Positions 51,056 to 63,487 of a stretch of 64,000 bases of DNA are shown one piece after another. A program made the position numbers and the translations under genes. The stretch covers positions 16,430,001 through 16,494,000 of the forward strand of contig CP075492.1 of the NCBI GenBank assembly GCA_021613535.1. Direction: 5' to 3'. Each line of letters opens with the position of its first letter. The first letter of the stretch is position 1. Origin of the DNA: Adineta vaga (lineage: Eukaryota; Animalia; Rotifera). The notes beneath the pieces were generated by a model. That model was not told where the DNA came from. It did not search any database and was given only the letters and a program-made list of their open reading frames with translations.

Positions 51056-51176
51056 AGGAAACATTTTAATTTTATTTTTCTTCTTGTCTTGTCTTGTCTT
51101 GTCTGTATTTTCTCATCAAATATTATTTTATTGATACGACAAATAAATATTCATTTATACATTATACACTTCTGCA

Positions 51177-51228
51177 GTGGGTGTGAGTGTGGGTAGCATA
51201 TTAACACATGAGTCTCAACCACACCCAT
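51177..51228. repeat. Telomere-hexamer palindrome
   Basis: GTGGGTGTGAGTGTGGG...ACCACACCCA. Confidence 0.7.
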
Positions 51229-51544
51229 CGATAGTGGATCTTTACTACTTTTAGATTTCGACATCGATCGGACACTTGCGTTGCAAGACTTCACGATTAT
51301 GATGAATGTCAAAAGTAAGGGAGAAATCTCGTTGCTAGTGTAAGTGGTGGTGGTTTATTTGGAGGTGAGCTCGGACCGAATCTCACAAACCAGAAATAAA
51401 AGCACAGATATAAAACTGAAGACGGAGGATAGAGAACAAGGGTAGAAGTTGACACGGACAAACGACAGAAACAGACTGAAAACAAACACACGACGACACG
51501 AACATAAAACACTGGCGCCTCGATCGGCCACCAACACAGTCGAG

Positions 51545-52150
51545 TCATGACCAGGACCGAACCATATCTGCTCTCGTGCTCCAATAGCTGCCCATTTGGA
51601 TCTCGTCAGATGAAAAAGGGCCGTGCTCATAAGCGCCTTGAATTTCCCCTTGCGTGAGACAGAAGGGGAAAAGACGAAGGTAATTCATACGACACACGCT
51701 GCCGTGTATTTCGGTGTACTGTATGACTCTGAGCGATTCTTGCACGGGCGGGTGTGCTACCGTACTTTTACTACATTCACTTGCCAGACCAGACTTGCAT
51801 CCATTGATAGAAAGAGAACAAGTACCGTTTCGGTTGTTGTTGAGCACGATATGAGTCCAAGCATCGTTCACAAGGGTGTTTCTCGCGTGCCACATGTTTG
51901 TGGGCGTAGATACATTGAAAAAACTGGGTGGTGATACGATGATGACCCTAAGATATTGATTTGATAGCCGTGATTCGACAAACAGATCAAGACGATATTC
52001 TGTATTTGGCACCCACATCCAGCAAGAAATCGAAAACGGATTCATTGGCAAGGGATCGATTGAGTATTCGTGGTATTCACATGGGCGTAGGAGAAGACTT
52101 GACACTCCGAGATCCTCCCGATAAATGGACTCATCTTCTGTACCACTCAC
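51545..52150 (-). CDS. Concanavalin/LamG-like jelly-roll domain exon in a GC-richer segment
   Basis: FSISCWMW...WTHIVL...LSING...LRLFPFCLTQGEI matches the LamG_3 pattern; preceded by a CAG acceptor, true start not found. Confidence 0.6.
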   Translation of the reverse strand: MSGTEDESIYREDLGVSSLLLRPCEYHEYSIDPLPMNPFSISCWMWVPNTEYRLDLFVESRLSNQYLRVIIVSPPSFFNVSTPTNMWHARNTLVNDAWTHIVLNNNRNGTCSLSINGCKSGLASECSKSTVAHPPVQESLRVIQYTEIHGSVCRMNYLRLFPFCLTQGEIQGAYEHGPFSSDEIQMGSYWSTRADMVRSWS

Positions 52151-52905
52151 TGTAGATTGATTAGGGATGGAATGACCAGAAGCGAATCGACGATGAAATG
52201 ATTTATTGAGAAAGTGTTCCTTTTTTATTGTTGAATGCTATTTCCGAGAGACGAATGAGAGACCGAAGAGTGCCTAAGGAGAAATGTCCAAATAAAAAAG
52301 AATCTTCTCTAGAATTTCTTGCGGCACGGCGTTCATGTTGGTGCGAGAAGCGCCTGAAATAATCTATCGAAGATGATACCTAATACGTGGAGAATGATCA
52401 ATGATCAAAGTTATTGGTAACTTTTTTCTCTCTCGTTGTATTAATATTATACCAACGTACTCACTAAGAATAATCTTTTTATTATATCCCACAATTTGAA
52501 TAAGACAAAGAAATGGCGCAGAGGTGTCCCGTAATGTGAGAAGAAAACGGTGGGGCCGCGTAGATGAGTGGAAAAGAAGGATCTATACGTGTGTATGTAT
52601 CTCAACACGAGAAAAAAAATTATCTTTAGAGAGAAAGAAAGAGATAACTGCTGTGAAGATCATTTATTTTGACAGAAAAAAGAAAGAACGGGGGCGCATA
52701 AGACCGCGATTCGGCCCGCCATACAAATTTCATATTCAACAGCCAGACAACGCTCTATTGCATCGATTCTTGTACAGCATCTAACGGTGAGTCTTTACAT
52801 ATCAATATAGATCTAACTAGACATGTATTCCATCCCGAGCCTCGCAACACAAAAACGACACGTTTTTTGGTTTTAGCGGGCATTTTTAGGTATTTTTTAA
52901 TCATA

Positions 52906-52952
52906 TTGGGGCGTGGGTGTGGGCAAGATAAATACCCACAACCCACACCTAA
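52906..52952. repeat. Telomere-hexamer palindrome
   Basis: TTGGGGCGTGGGTGTGGG...CCCACAACCCACACCTAA. Confidence 0.75.
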
Positions 52953-52975
52953 ATTTTTTTTGTGTATTCGCACAG

Positions 52976-53390
52976 ATATATTGACATGTTCAAGTGAAAA
53001 GTTACAAACTCGATACAACGAAATGACATCAGCTAATTGTAAAAATTGTGATAGATTCTTCCATTGTCAAGGAAATTATGATGCCGTATATAATTGTGGA
53101 AATACAAGTGAAAGTCAACGTATTGCAGAAGAAAGTTAGTTATAATTATATGACTTAATCATATATTGAATTACTCTATTTTTTAGTTAGCAGTTGTCGT
53201 GAAGAGGCTCAAGATACCGGATTGGTAGATAGTCAAGATGATCAAAAAGCCAATCAATTCGGAAGAAATGGTGGTAATTGTGAAGTAGAATATACGCGTA
53301 AAGTTCAAGTGAACATACAATTATCGAGATGGAACTTGTCAACAATCAAATTGTATGCAGAAACTCAAAGGTTTTTTTCGTAATACCTGA
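52976..53390 (+). CDS. Serum amyloid A-like protein (Cys-rich; 5' exon not found, may be a pseudogene)
   Basis: YNEMTSANCKNCDRFFHCQGNYDA matches SAA YxDMxxANxxxxDKYFHARGNYDA; the next exon DSQDDQKANQFGRNG matches DSxADQxANxWGRSG. Confidence 0.75.
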
Positions 53391-54149
53391 CCTGGATTTA
53401 GAACTTGCATTTCGTTATCTCTTAAACAAATATCTAAAATATGAGAATAGTATATGAGACAAAAAAAAACACTTTGTTTATAACTAAGACTGGCAAACAA
53501 TGAAATTTTCTATATTGAAATTAGTTTTTGTGTTTTCAGTTTTTCTTTCTATGATGTAAAAGGATATGTGATAATTTGTAAAAATATAGATGATTACAAT
53601 TTTGAATATGTATATGACGACGTGTGTTCTTAAACGATATCTACTATAACAAAAATCGTCACAAAAAAGAAGAAAAACAAAACAAAAAGAACATGCGTAA
53701 CTCGTCAGCGAAGAACACGTTACTATATGTGAAACAGACGTTCATTCATCGTAACTATAATTTTTTTGCTCGCTTTAAATTTCTCTCTTCGGTAAAAAAA
53801 GTTCGATTATAAAAAACAAAATTGTTTAGAAAGAGAGAAAAAACTTCACTTGATTCATACTTCGATGTTAGCTTTACAGAGTACTGTCTCTACTGTTTGA
53901 TTTCAGCAGCTAAAGAATGATACTCTACGTTACATTCTTTTTCTCGTTGTTTGTTTTTGCTTTCGATCTCACATAGGTTGTGAGTATTGAACTCCTTTAT
54001 TCCTCACAAGATTACATTTAACACATAAAAATAATCGTGATACAATCTATAGTATGTAAGACTTAACTTCTGACTATAAGTTATAGCTTATTTTCAGAAT
54101 ACCCTGAGAATTTGACAATTAACAAGATTATACAACTGCGAAAAATTAT

Positions 54150-55987
54150 TCTCTGATTTCTTCTTTTTTAAATACACAGAACATATTAAAACTACTGTAG
54201 ATTGTGTGATGTCGAATATTACAACACAAGCAGGATGATCTTTTCTCTGTAGGAGATTGGCTCTATTGGAAATGTGAATTTGACAAGGCACGGAAACATT
54301 TTGAAAGTATTTTAAAGCAATCATCTTTAAGTGATTTTGATATGGTTCGATGTTACAAATCATTGGGTGCTATTGGGGTTGAATTGAAAAACTACGACGA
54401 TGCGTTGGAAATGTACAACAAACAATTGGATATACTTGAAAAATCCGATTTCTCAAACAAAAATCAAGACATTCTGTTATGTTATAGGTCGATAGGTAAA
54501 GTCTATTGGCTAAAACAGGATCAGGGTTGCCAAACCTCCTGGTTTAGTCAGGAGTCTCCTGGTTTTTTTTGCTTTTCTCCTGGTAAAAAAATCTCCTGGT
54601 ACCAGGAGCTGGTTTTTTAGATTTTCTCCTGGTTTCTCCTGGTTTCTGGTTTCTCTTTTAATATCGACTTTTAGCGACATTTTGAATTGATAAAAATACA
54701 CAAATGAAAGGAAGAAAAGAACGAGAATATCTCTCTATTTGATAAATACAGCAGCCAATAAGAAAACAAGTTAATAACAGGGTTGCCAAACCTCCTGGTT
54801 TAGCCAGGAGTCTCCTGGTTTTTTTACTTTTCTCCCGGTAAAAATATCTCCTGGCGAACTCCTGGTTTTTTTCTCGTGAACTACTGGTTCTCAAAATTCG
54901 GATTTGGCAACCCTGAACAGGATTATAATCAAGCTATTACTTATCACCGAGCATTCGAATTTTCTCAATCTTTCATGGATTCTACGAGTGATGTTTCAAC
55001 TATTTATAAAAATCTGGCAAATATTTATACAATATGAAACAATTTGACTTAGCAGTAGAATATTTTCAAAAAGTACTTGAAATTGATGGTGAACGTCTTC
55101 GAAAAGACCATCCACAATTTGGACAAACTTATGCAAATATAGCAATAATGTACCAATCGAAACAAAACTATCAAGAAGCATTGAGTTAATTTCAAAAAGC
55201 TCGTGATATATGTCTGAAAACTTTGTTATCAACTCATTCATTCGTTGAGAAAATAGAAAAGGCTATTCAAAAAATAGAACTAAAGATAGGTAAGCCATTG
55301 AGGTGTTTAAAAAACGATTTTATCGCATCTTATATTGTGCGTACATAGAGTTTTCCATTTGATCCCATAGTATTCTATACCATGTATATTTTATTAGTAG
55401 ATCAACGAAGTACAACTACAATTGAAGCATCAGTCGAGCATATTCAGGTGAGTACTACGTCTTTCTTTACAACAATTTTGAACTTACGTTCGTGTTTATT
55501 TTTAAAATAGCCTGTGAATCCTTCGGATATTCTCACCTTAAACAATGTGATGATAATATGGTTAGATGAACATATCGGTCGTGACGAAAATTGTCGTGAT
55601 TTAAAAAATGAATTTCGTCAAATTACAAATAGTTTCAAAATGTTCGACTCTGTTGAGAGTTGCCGACGATGTTTGCCACATGTCAAAAATCGAAAAATCT
55701 TCTTCATTATTCAAGGGAAACATGCCAAAGAAATTGTTCCTGATATTGTTGAAATTATGTCATCGGAGACGAAACCAGTTGTTTATCTTTTTTGTTTGAA
55801 TATAATCTACTTAATTGAATGGGCTGAAGAACAAGAATGTATTATGGAAGGTGGTATATTCGATGATGAAAAACATCTATTAGCCACACTAACCAATGAT
55901 ATGAAGGATTACATAAAACAAAAATCAGATGAACACAACAAATATATATCCATGGACATGATTTCAATTTTTCTTACAGAACTTTGA
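54150..55987 (+). pseudogene. TPR-repeat gene with a C-terminal IIWLD-type domain, disrupted by stops, frameshifts and a hAT MITE
   Basis: CYKSLGAIGVELKNYDDALEMY, KDHPQFGQTYANIA; in-frame stops; last exon 55512-55987 is open. Linkage of that exon to the TPR part is inferred from the intervening micro-exon. Confidence 0.7.
54522..54915. mobile_element. Non-autonomous hAT-type element with 8-bp TSD
   Basis: TIRs CAGGGTTGCCAAA / TTTGGCAACCCTG; perfect AACAGGAT duplication at 54514-54521 and 54916-54923; many CTCCTGG subterminal repeats; second left end at 54778. Confidence 0.93.
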
Positions 55988-56342
55988 TTTCTGCAGTTCG
56001 ATTTCATATTTTTTCATCCTCATACAAATAAAAACACTTATTCTCGAAGATGTGGGTGTAGGCATTAATGAGTGGCAAGCACTCCCATCCACTTTTCTCA
56101 TATTTATAATGTTTAATTAGAAATTTTTGACCCATAAATATTACACTAACAGCTTTGTATTCATATGTTTTCTCTCTTACAGAGAGAATTTATCGATTTC
56201 TATTTACATTTTTCACCATGTGCATGTTGCTATAGTAAGAAAAAGAAAAAAAGTCGGACAGAATTTTTCTTTGATTTACATTAATTGTCGAAAATTATTC
56301 TACACAATTGAACCCTATTTCATTAACGTCATCAAACGTGAA

Positions 56343-57697
56343 ATGTCAGAAATATCAAATGTTCATCGATTAACCTCACCACTTCCTATGCTCAAAATAA
56401 ATCGTATTGTTATGAAAAAGAATAATCGCGCTAACATCTTTATGAAAATGCAACAGACTGATTCAAATGGTCCACTTGATAATGATATTGTGTATCCACC
56501 AGATATCGAAAATCATCATCCATATGATATTGTTGCTCAATATCGACGATTGTTAGGAAAATCAACTAATTTCAGAATCGAACCTCTTCGTATTGGTGAA
56601 GATGAAATTGAAACAGTTATACTTGGTTTAAATAATTTTGCCAATAAACATGGTTGTAATTTAATATTTACTACTGAAGAACATCGATTTGACAATAGTA
56701 TCTATCGTGCTGTTTGTGGTGTAGCTGATTTAGGAAGTATTCATTTGTTGGCTAACGATGCCATTCACACAGCAACTTTTAGTTTTGATATGAATTTTAA
56801 TTTTAATACAGAATTCGACCAATCTGAACGAAAAGTGGAAGCCTTTATTATGAACTTTTGTCAAGCGATTGCAACAGTTCTTTCGTGTGATATAAATAAT
56901 ATTCGTATATTTTCAATCGGTCAAATGTTTAGAGATATGAAGAAGACTGACGTAGAGTTTGGAGTGACAACAACAGAAATGAAGAAAACTGAACAATTTG
57001 CCGAGATATTAAAGGTAAATTCTTTTCTTTTGCAAGGTCATATGCGTGGAAAATGAAGATCTAATTGTTTTAGATGCATGCAAGTTCAGGTTTCAATGGT
57101 CATCAAGTACTTGAACGTGTTGTTCCTGGTAATTATCATTATAAATGGAAATCAACATTGGAAACATTGAGATTACAAATCAATGATCTAATCCCTAAGG
57201 AGAAATACAAGTATAAATCAGATTCTACATCTGACGAAGTTCATGGTTGGTATCGTCATGCTCTTCGCGTTGAAGATAAATATGAAGAAGATTCAAATGT
57301 ACAAGATGGATGGTCAGTTGCTTTTCATGGAACAAAAGCTTGGACAGTATCACGTATTGTTCAACAAGGTAGAATAACTGGTCCTGTCAAAGTTGATTCA
57401 ATGCAATCAGAAGCGATTGAACAGATTGGAAATGAAGCTAATTGTCCTGGTTTATATGTAGCTACACATTGTAATGGTGGAGCGGATATTTATACTGAAC
57501 CATTTAAAATTACCTCATTTCCAAATAAAACTGAAAGTTTTCGTTTAGTTTTCCAATGTCATGTAAAGTCGGAGAAATTTACAGTTCATGAAAGTCCAGT
57601 AAATGTAGGTAAAGCATGGCGTTATATTATTCCAAATTCTATACGACCATATGGTATTTTATTAAAGAAAGAAAGTTCAAATATCATCTCAGATTAA
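56343..57697 (+). CDS. Protein with a C-terminal ADP-ribosyltransferase-like (NEURL4/PARP-related) domain, 2 exons
   Basis: Intron 57016-57073; GWYRHALRV, WSVAFHGT, GLYVAT, FRLVFQCHV, IRPYGILLK. Confidence 0.7.
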
Positions 57698-57799
57698 CTG
57701 ATATAGTTTTTAGTATTCTGTCGTTAATCACATCCTTTAAAAAAGAAAATCATTTTTTCAAAAATTTTATTATAAAACAATAAATATATCCAAAGGATA

Positions 57800-59045
57800 T
57801 TTATTCTTTTTCTTATCTTAGAATATTAAATAAAATGAACATGTAATCTCGATTCGTTCAAGTGAATCCATGATCTTATTGGTGAACTCGCATCCAAAAT
57901 AGTTAATTTTTCTAATAATAATCTTAAACATTTAACATTTTCAATATAAGATTGAAGTTTTTCAAAATTTTAAAATGCTTTTAATAACCAATGAATTTAT
58001 ATTTAATAATTTCTCAAGTATTTTTCCTAACAATGCTGAAGATATATGAAAGCGATGACCAATTTCTAAATGTTTAATACACGATATATTAATAAACATC
58101 GAAAGATTTTTAAAATGTATTGATGATCTATCAAATTCATACATTTTCTCCTCTATATCATCAAAACTGATTGATTCATCTTCTAATATTAATGATTTAG
58201 CATTACGAAAATAATATAATGAATTCTTTCTAATTGCTTCTGATACTAAATATAAATATGTAACATTATCATATATATTTGAATTGTTGATCAACGAATT
58301 CATATAGAATTTTTTCGAAGATCTTAAATTATATGAAGAAGATATGTATGGTATTGTATAAATTATTGCCGATGAACTAGTAGTTTCTTAAATTGTGTAC
58401 CATCGATGTTGTTTTTGCCAAAAATTACTTTGAAATTTAATTAATTTTTCATCCACAGAATTCCGAGAATATAACAGGTAAATGAAAATTTAAATATATG
58501 TAAATAGGGAAGTGAATTTTCAATAGGATATTGCCAACGATCAGCATTCATTATTGTTATTTGATTAGTTTTTATTGAGAAACTATTTAAATTTGTTAGA
58601 CGTTTTAATAATAATTCAATAAGTATTTCAAATTCGACATCAGAATAATTAAGAATTCATTGTTTTTTTAAATGAATAATATTTGTATTTGTAATATCTA
58701 ATTCATTATCGGTAATTACATTCGTGGAAAATTGTAAAATCTTTAAATAAATGACATAAATCATTTAAAATCAATTTTTGATTTCGACAAAATAGATGTT
58801 ATTGGAAAATTACTATTTAAACGAGTTGTACAATGAAAAGAATGTAAATTCAATAATAATGATAAAAATGATTGAATTTGTCCATATAAACCATTATTTG
58901 ATAGTTTGAAATAAATTATAGTTTGTTTTATTTCAGGATTTGACAATATTATTTGATTTTATCAAAATTCAGATATAATGAAATACTTCGAATTAATCTG
59001 TTAAAACGAGAATTTAATTGATCAAATGAATGAAATATTTCATGT
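57800..59045 (-). pseudogene. Rotifer-type F-box/LRR-like pseudogene
   Basis: Fragments IFHSFDQLNSRFNRL, NADRWQ..IENSLPYL..FKF, YTIPY and YDNVTYLYL in different frames with stops. Confidence 0.65.
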
Positions 59046-60438
59046 TGATATCGTGAATTATACTTGAATAACCGTGTTGACATTATGTATATATTTATCG
59101 TTACCATATCTGACTAAACTATAGTTTTATCGTCCGAGGTCATTTTATAGCACAACTTTTCTATTGACCTATAGATGCAGCGGTTCAACTGCACTTCAAT
59201 GATACCATCACATTCGATTAACATATCGCACACACAATCGACGTGAGAGTGTCATTAAAGTGTGGTTGTACCAAGGAGGAAAATCAAATGAATTTTGTTA
59301 TCCATATGATTTATCATTTGGTTCGGGAAATAATCGAATTGAAAAATTTTCATGAATTTCTGATTAAAATAAATGATTTACGAAAAAAAACAAAAGACCA
59401 AACGAGATTTTTTATGAGTACTATTTTTTTACAAAAATGTTTGTTGTTTGATGATCGTTGCAGAAAAGGAAGTAAAATTCGTTTATATAGGACTTTTTTT
59501 TCTGTACATAGAGACACAAAAAAATATGTGAATCACAGTACAACATCAAATACTCAACATACGTCTATACGACAACAACAAAAAATGTTTGCTTTTGAAT
59601 TGATTTTGTCATCTCTCTATACGAGCATTGAAATTTTTTGCATAGTTATGCGAATAGGATCGATAGATTGAAATTCTTTTGCGTTCTTTCATCGAAAAAT
59701 TTTCTGTCCTTTCAAACCTTCTCTCATCAGAGAAGAACATATCAATTTAAACAATCATACGAATCTCAATGAATCATGTACTTTGGCTATTGAAATTCAT
59801 CATTCAATTTTAAGTACAAATAGTTCTGGATTTAATATCAACCATAAATTGATTAGAAATAAAATTGTGTTTATCTGATTTTTCATGACGTTATTGCGAA
59901 TATGATTTTATAAGAATAAATAATAAACTCTCATATACTCATCAACATTCGAGTTATGGTAATGATTTTGAAGAAAAACAACTCAAAGTCATGAAGAAAA
60001 ATATTCCTTTTTCACACAGTATGTTGGTAACTTGAAAGAGAAGGATTGTGACGACATTTTCATCAAATATAAAAAGCAGTCATTTATTGCAAAAGAGTAT
60101 TACCTTTTCTTTCGTCTTCTCCTTCTATACTTTACCTGTGATTAAAAAAAACAAACAATTTTATATTTTTAGAAATCACACAGCTTTGCCGACATTTCTT
60201 TTCTTCGATCACTTTATAAAATATTATGGCATTTTTATCACAAACTTGTTCCTTATCATCTCTTTCTTTTTTTACTAAAAATTATAGCATAGTTTCATTC
60301 AAATTTCTTTCGGCTATTCATTATAAAACGCAATAAAATAGCCTTAATTGTCACTAATATCTTTTACTCGTGAGAATGTGGGTGGTAGTTTATGTTCTTG
60401 ATATATAATATTTAAATATTAATTTCAGATTTTTTGAC

Positions 60439-61864
60439 ATGTTGTCTCGTATGCGTATCGTGATATTAGCTGTCATATTTATTGTTGCATTGTCAGTGGT
60501 GATAATTCCTGTCACAATTGCTTTGACGATGGGAAAAACTACTCAGGGTAAGTAAGATATACAGTTGTTCAATTATCATATAATTTTGTATGTAAATAGG
60601 CACAAGTGAACCCACAGTAAACACGGCCATAACAAGTACAACAACAACTGTCACAGTTTATAATAATACGATGGTAGCTGTGGCAACATCATCAACAACA
60701 ACAACAACAACAATTGCTTCAAGTAGATAAAAAATATTCTGTTGAATTTTTTTTTCAGAAGAAAGAGAATTTATCTTGTTGCCCGATGTTATACGTTCGA
60801 GAAGTCTAAGAGATCTAATCCAACCCATACCCTCAAGTTTGGAGAATATTTTATAGATTTTTAGAAATTTATTTTTTTATACAGGATGGATAATGACGGG
60901 AAGTATGAATGCTGTACGACAAGAACATACGGCATCGATATTATCAGATGGAAAAGTACTAGTCACTGGTGGATATAATGATGGTTATTTGAACAGTGCT
61001 GAATTGTATGATCCATCGACAGGTAATTGGACAACAACAGGAAATATGAATGTTGCACGAGGATATCACACAGAATCGTTATTATCGAATGGAAAAGTAT
61101 TAGTTGCTGGTGGATGTGATTATGGTTATCTAAACAGTGTTGAATTGTATGATCCATCGACAGGTACTTGGACAATAACAGGAAGTATGCACGTCGCACG
61201 AGCATATCATACGGCATCGATATTATCGAATGGAAAAGTATTAGTTGCTGGTGGATATAATGGTAATGTTTCTCTGGATAGTGCTGAGATATATGATCCA
61301 TCCACAGGTAATTGGACAACAACAGAAAGTATGAATGTTGCGCGAGACTATCATACAGCATTGATATTATTGAATGGAAAAGTATTAGTTACTAACGGAG
61401 AGCTTCCAACTATTGAGTTGTATGATCCATCGACAGGTAATTGGACAATTACAGGAAGTATGAATATTCCACGATATGTACATACGGCATCGATATTATC
61501 AAATGGAAAAGTACTAGTTACTGGTGGATATAATGGTAATGTTTCTCTGAATAGCGCCGAGTTATATGATCCATCGACAGGTATTTGGATTACAACAGGA
61601 AATATGAATATTGTACGAAGCTTTCATACGGCATCTGTATTATCAAATGGGAAAGTATTAGTTAATGGTGGATATACTGGTGTTGCTCTGAGTAGTGCTG
61701 AATTGTATGATCCAACGACAGGTAATTGGACAACAACAGCAAGTATGAATGTAGCACGACGATTTCATACGGCATCCATATTATCAAATGGAAAAGTATT
61801 AATTACTGGTGGACGGAATGGTGATGGTTCTCTGAACAGTGCTGAGTTGTACTATGATCAATAG
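60439..61864 (+). CDS. Type II membrane-anchored seven-bladed kelch (galactose-oxidase-like) propeller protein, 3 exons
   Basis: Exon 1 hydrophobic anchor (IVILAVIFIVALSVVIIPVTIAL); exon 2 Thr-rich stalk (~60600-60722); exon 3 (60885-61864) with seven RxxHTxxxLxxGKVLVxGG repeats. Confidence 0.88.
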
Positions 61865-63414
61865 ATATCGAACTAAAATAGTTCTCCTCAAATATATTAC
61901 ATTCATTAAATAAAATATATAACTCAGGATTTGAGCGAAGGTGTGTTGATGAGCATATACTGTTATTAGACTATGCTTATTCACATTTTCACACATTCTT
62001 CTCAATGTAATATAGTTGTATATAGTATTCGATAAAATGCTGTTCTTATTAAGTTTGCTTTCTTCTACAAAAATTATATTTACTTCTCGCAGACTATTTT
62101 TAAAGTCGATAAGACTTTTTTAGATTTCAATAAATATGCTACTCAGTTCTTTTGCATATGAATTTATGAGGGTGTGGATGGGTAAGGGTATGATTCCGTC
62201 ACAGAATTCTGGAATCGAACGGAATTCTTGTATATAATCCCGATTAAAAATATTAAAGAAAATAATTTGATTCAATTTGTATAATATTTGTAAAAATTAA
62301 AACATTAATATAGCATAAGGATCAAAGCAATGTTAGAATTATTTTAGAAATATAATGAAAACGACGTGTATACTTCGTTGTCTTAGTGTTTGCATTTGAT
62401 GTTATGAATAGTTCAATCAATGAATACAAATATTAAATAATATGGACATAAAATACTTAGAACAACAGCCATATAGAAATTTAATCGACAAATATGAACA
62501 CTTTTTTAATAGAGATCGTTTCATTAAAACCAAGAGTTAATATAATGTTTGTAATATTAATGTATAAATATGTTAAATTACTCATATAATATGATATAAA
62601 AAATAGAATTAAAAAATATTTAAAAGAGAAATATAAGTGAGTAAAAATGAAGGATCTTTTATATTTTTATATTCTTTTTTTCTTGAAATGAAAGTCAGCT
62701 TTTCTTGTCTAGATAATCAACATGGCTATATGCTTTTCTAAAAACTGATTATACAAAATTTGTTGTGTTACATTAATATTTTTAAACAGTACAAGAGAAA
62801 ATATTTGTATTTTGTGGAACTCACATCTATTTTTCGCAGAAAAATAGTGAATGTAAGTTTTAATTTGAGATTTTGGCACACAATTTTATATGTACAATAT
62901 TTAGTATATATTTACTACTTCATTATACAATTAGCATTGAAAAACCTTTACTTTCATACAGAGATAATATTACAGTGAAATATAGAATCAAATGATTCTA
63001 TATTAATATTTATTTAACATGTGAGTTGGACGTTTTAGTCCTGGCAAGCTTTTTTTATGTCATTGAAGACTGTAGTTCATCGGTGAATCATATATTGTGC
63101 ACTGTTTATCCTCCATCATGAATACGTGTCATTACTCCAACTACATTCAATTTTTTGATGAGTTTAGACAATGTACTGAGACATACGATTGGCAAAAGAA
63201 GTGGAACTAAATAGACAACGAATATAATTATGTCAAGATGATCGACTATGAACGAAGGTATAAAACTAATTTGAATAAATTTTATTACCATTAACGGTAT
63301 AACCAGAATGCCAAGTAAATGGAAGAGATTATTCAAAGTTGAAAGATCATTTTACAATGATGAGATGCCTTTTCATAGCTCACATGGATAACAAGTAAGA
63401 CATTTGTAATTAAT

Positions 63415-63487
63415 ATGGATGGGTGTGGATATAGATGTAGATACTAATAACACACCCACCACACCCTCATCGCACTCACACCCTCAA
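63415..63487. repeat. Telomere-hexamer palindrome with duplicated right arm
   Basis: GGATGGGTGTGGAT...CACCCACCACACCCTCA..CACTCACACCCTCAA. Confidence 0.75.

Noticed and set aside
56127-56342. N-terminal extension of the ART-like ORF
   Set aside because: Starts at a non-ATG codon and looks like promoter/UTR sequence; ATG 56343 or a later ATG is more plausible.
59243-60278. ORFs 59243-59671 and 60048-60278
   Set aside because: Low-complexity F/I/K-rich translations of AT-rich intergenic DNA with no motifs.
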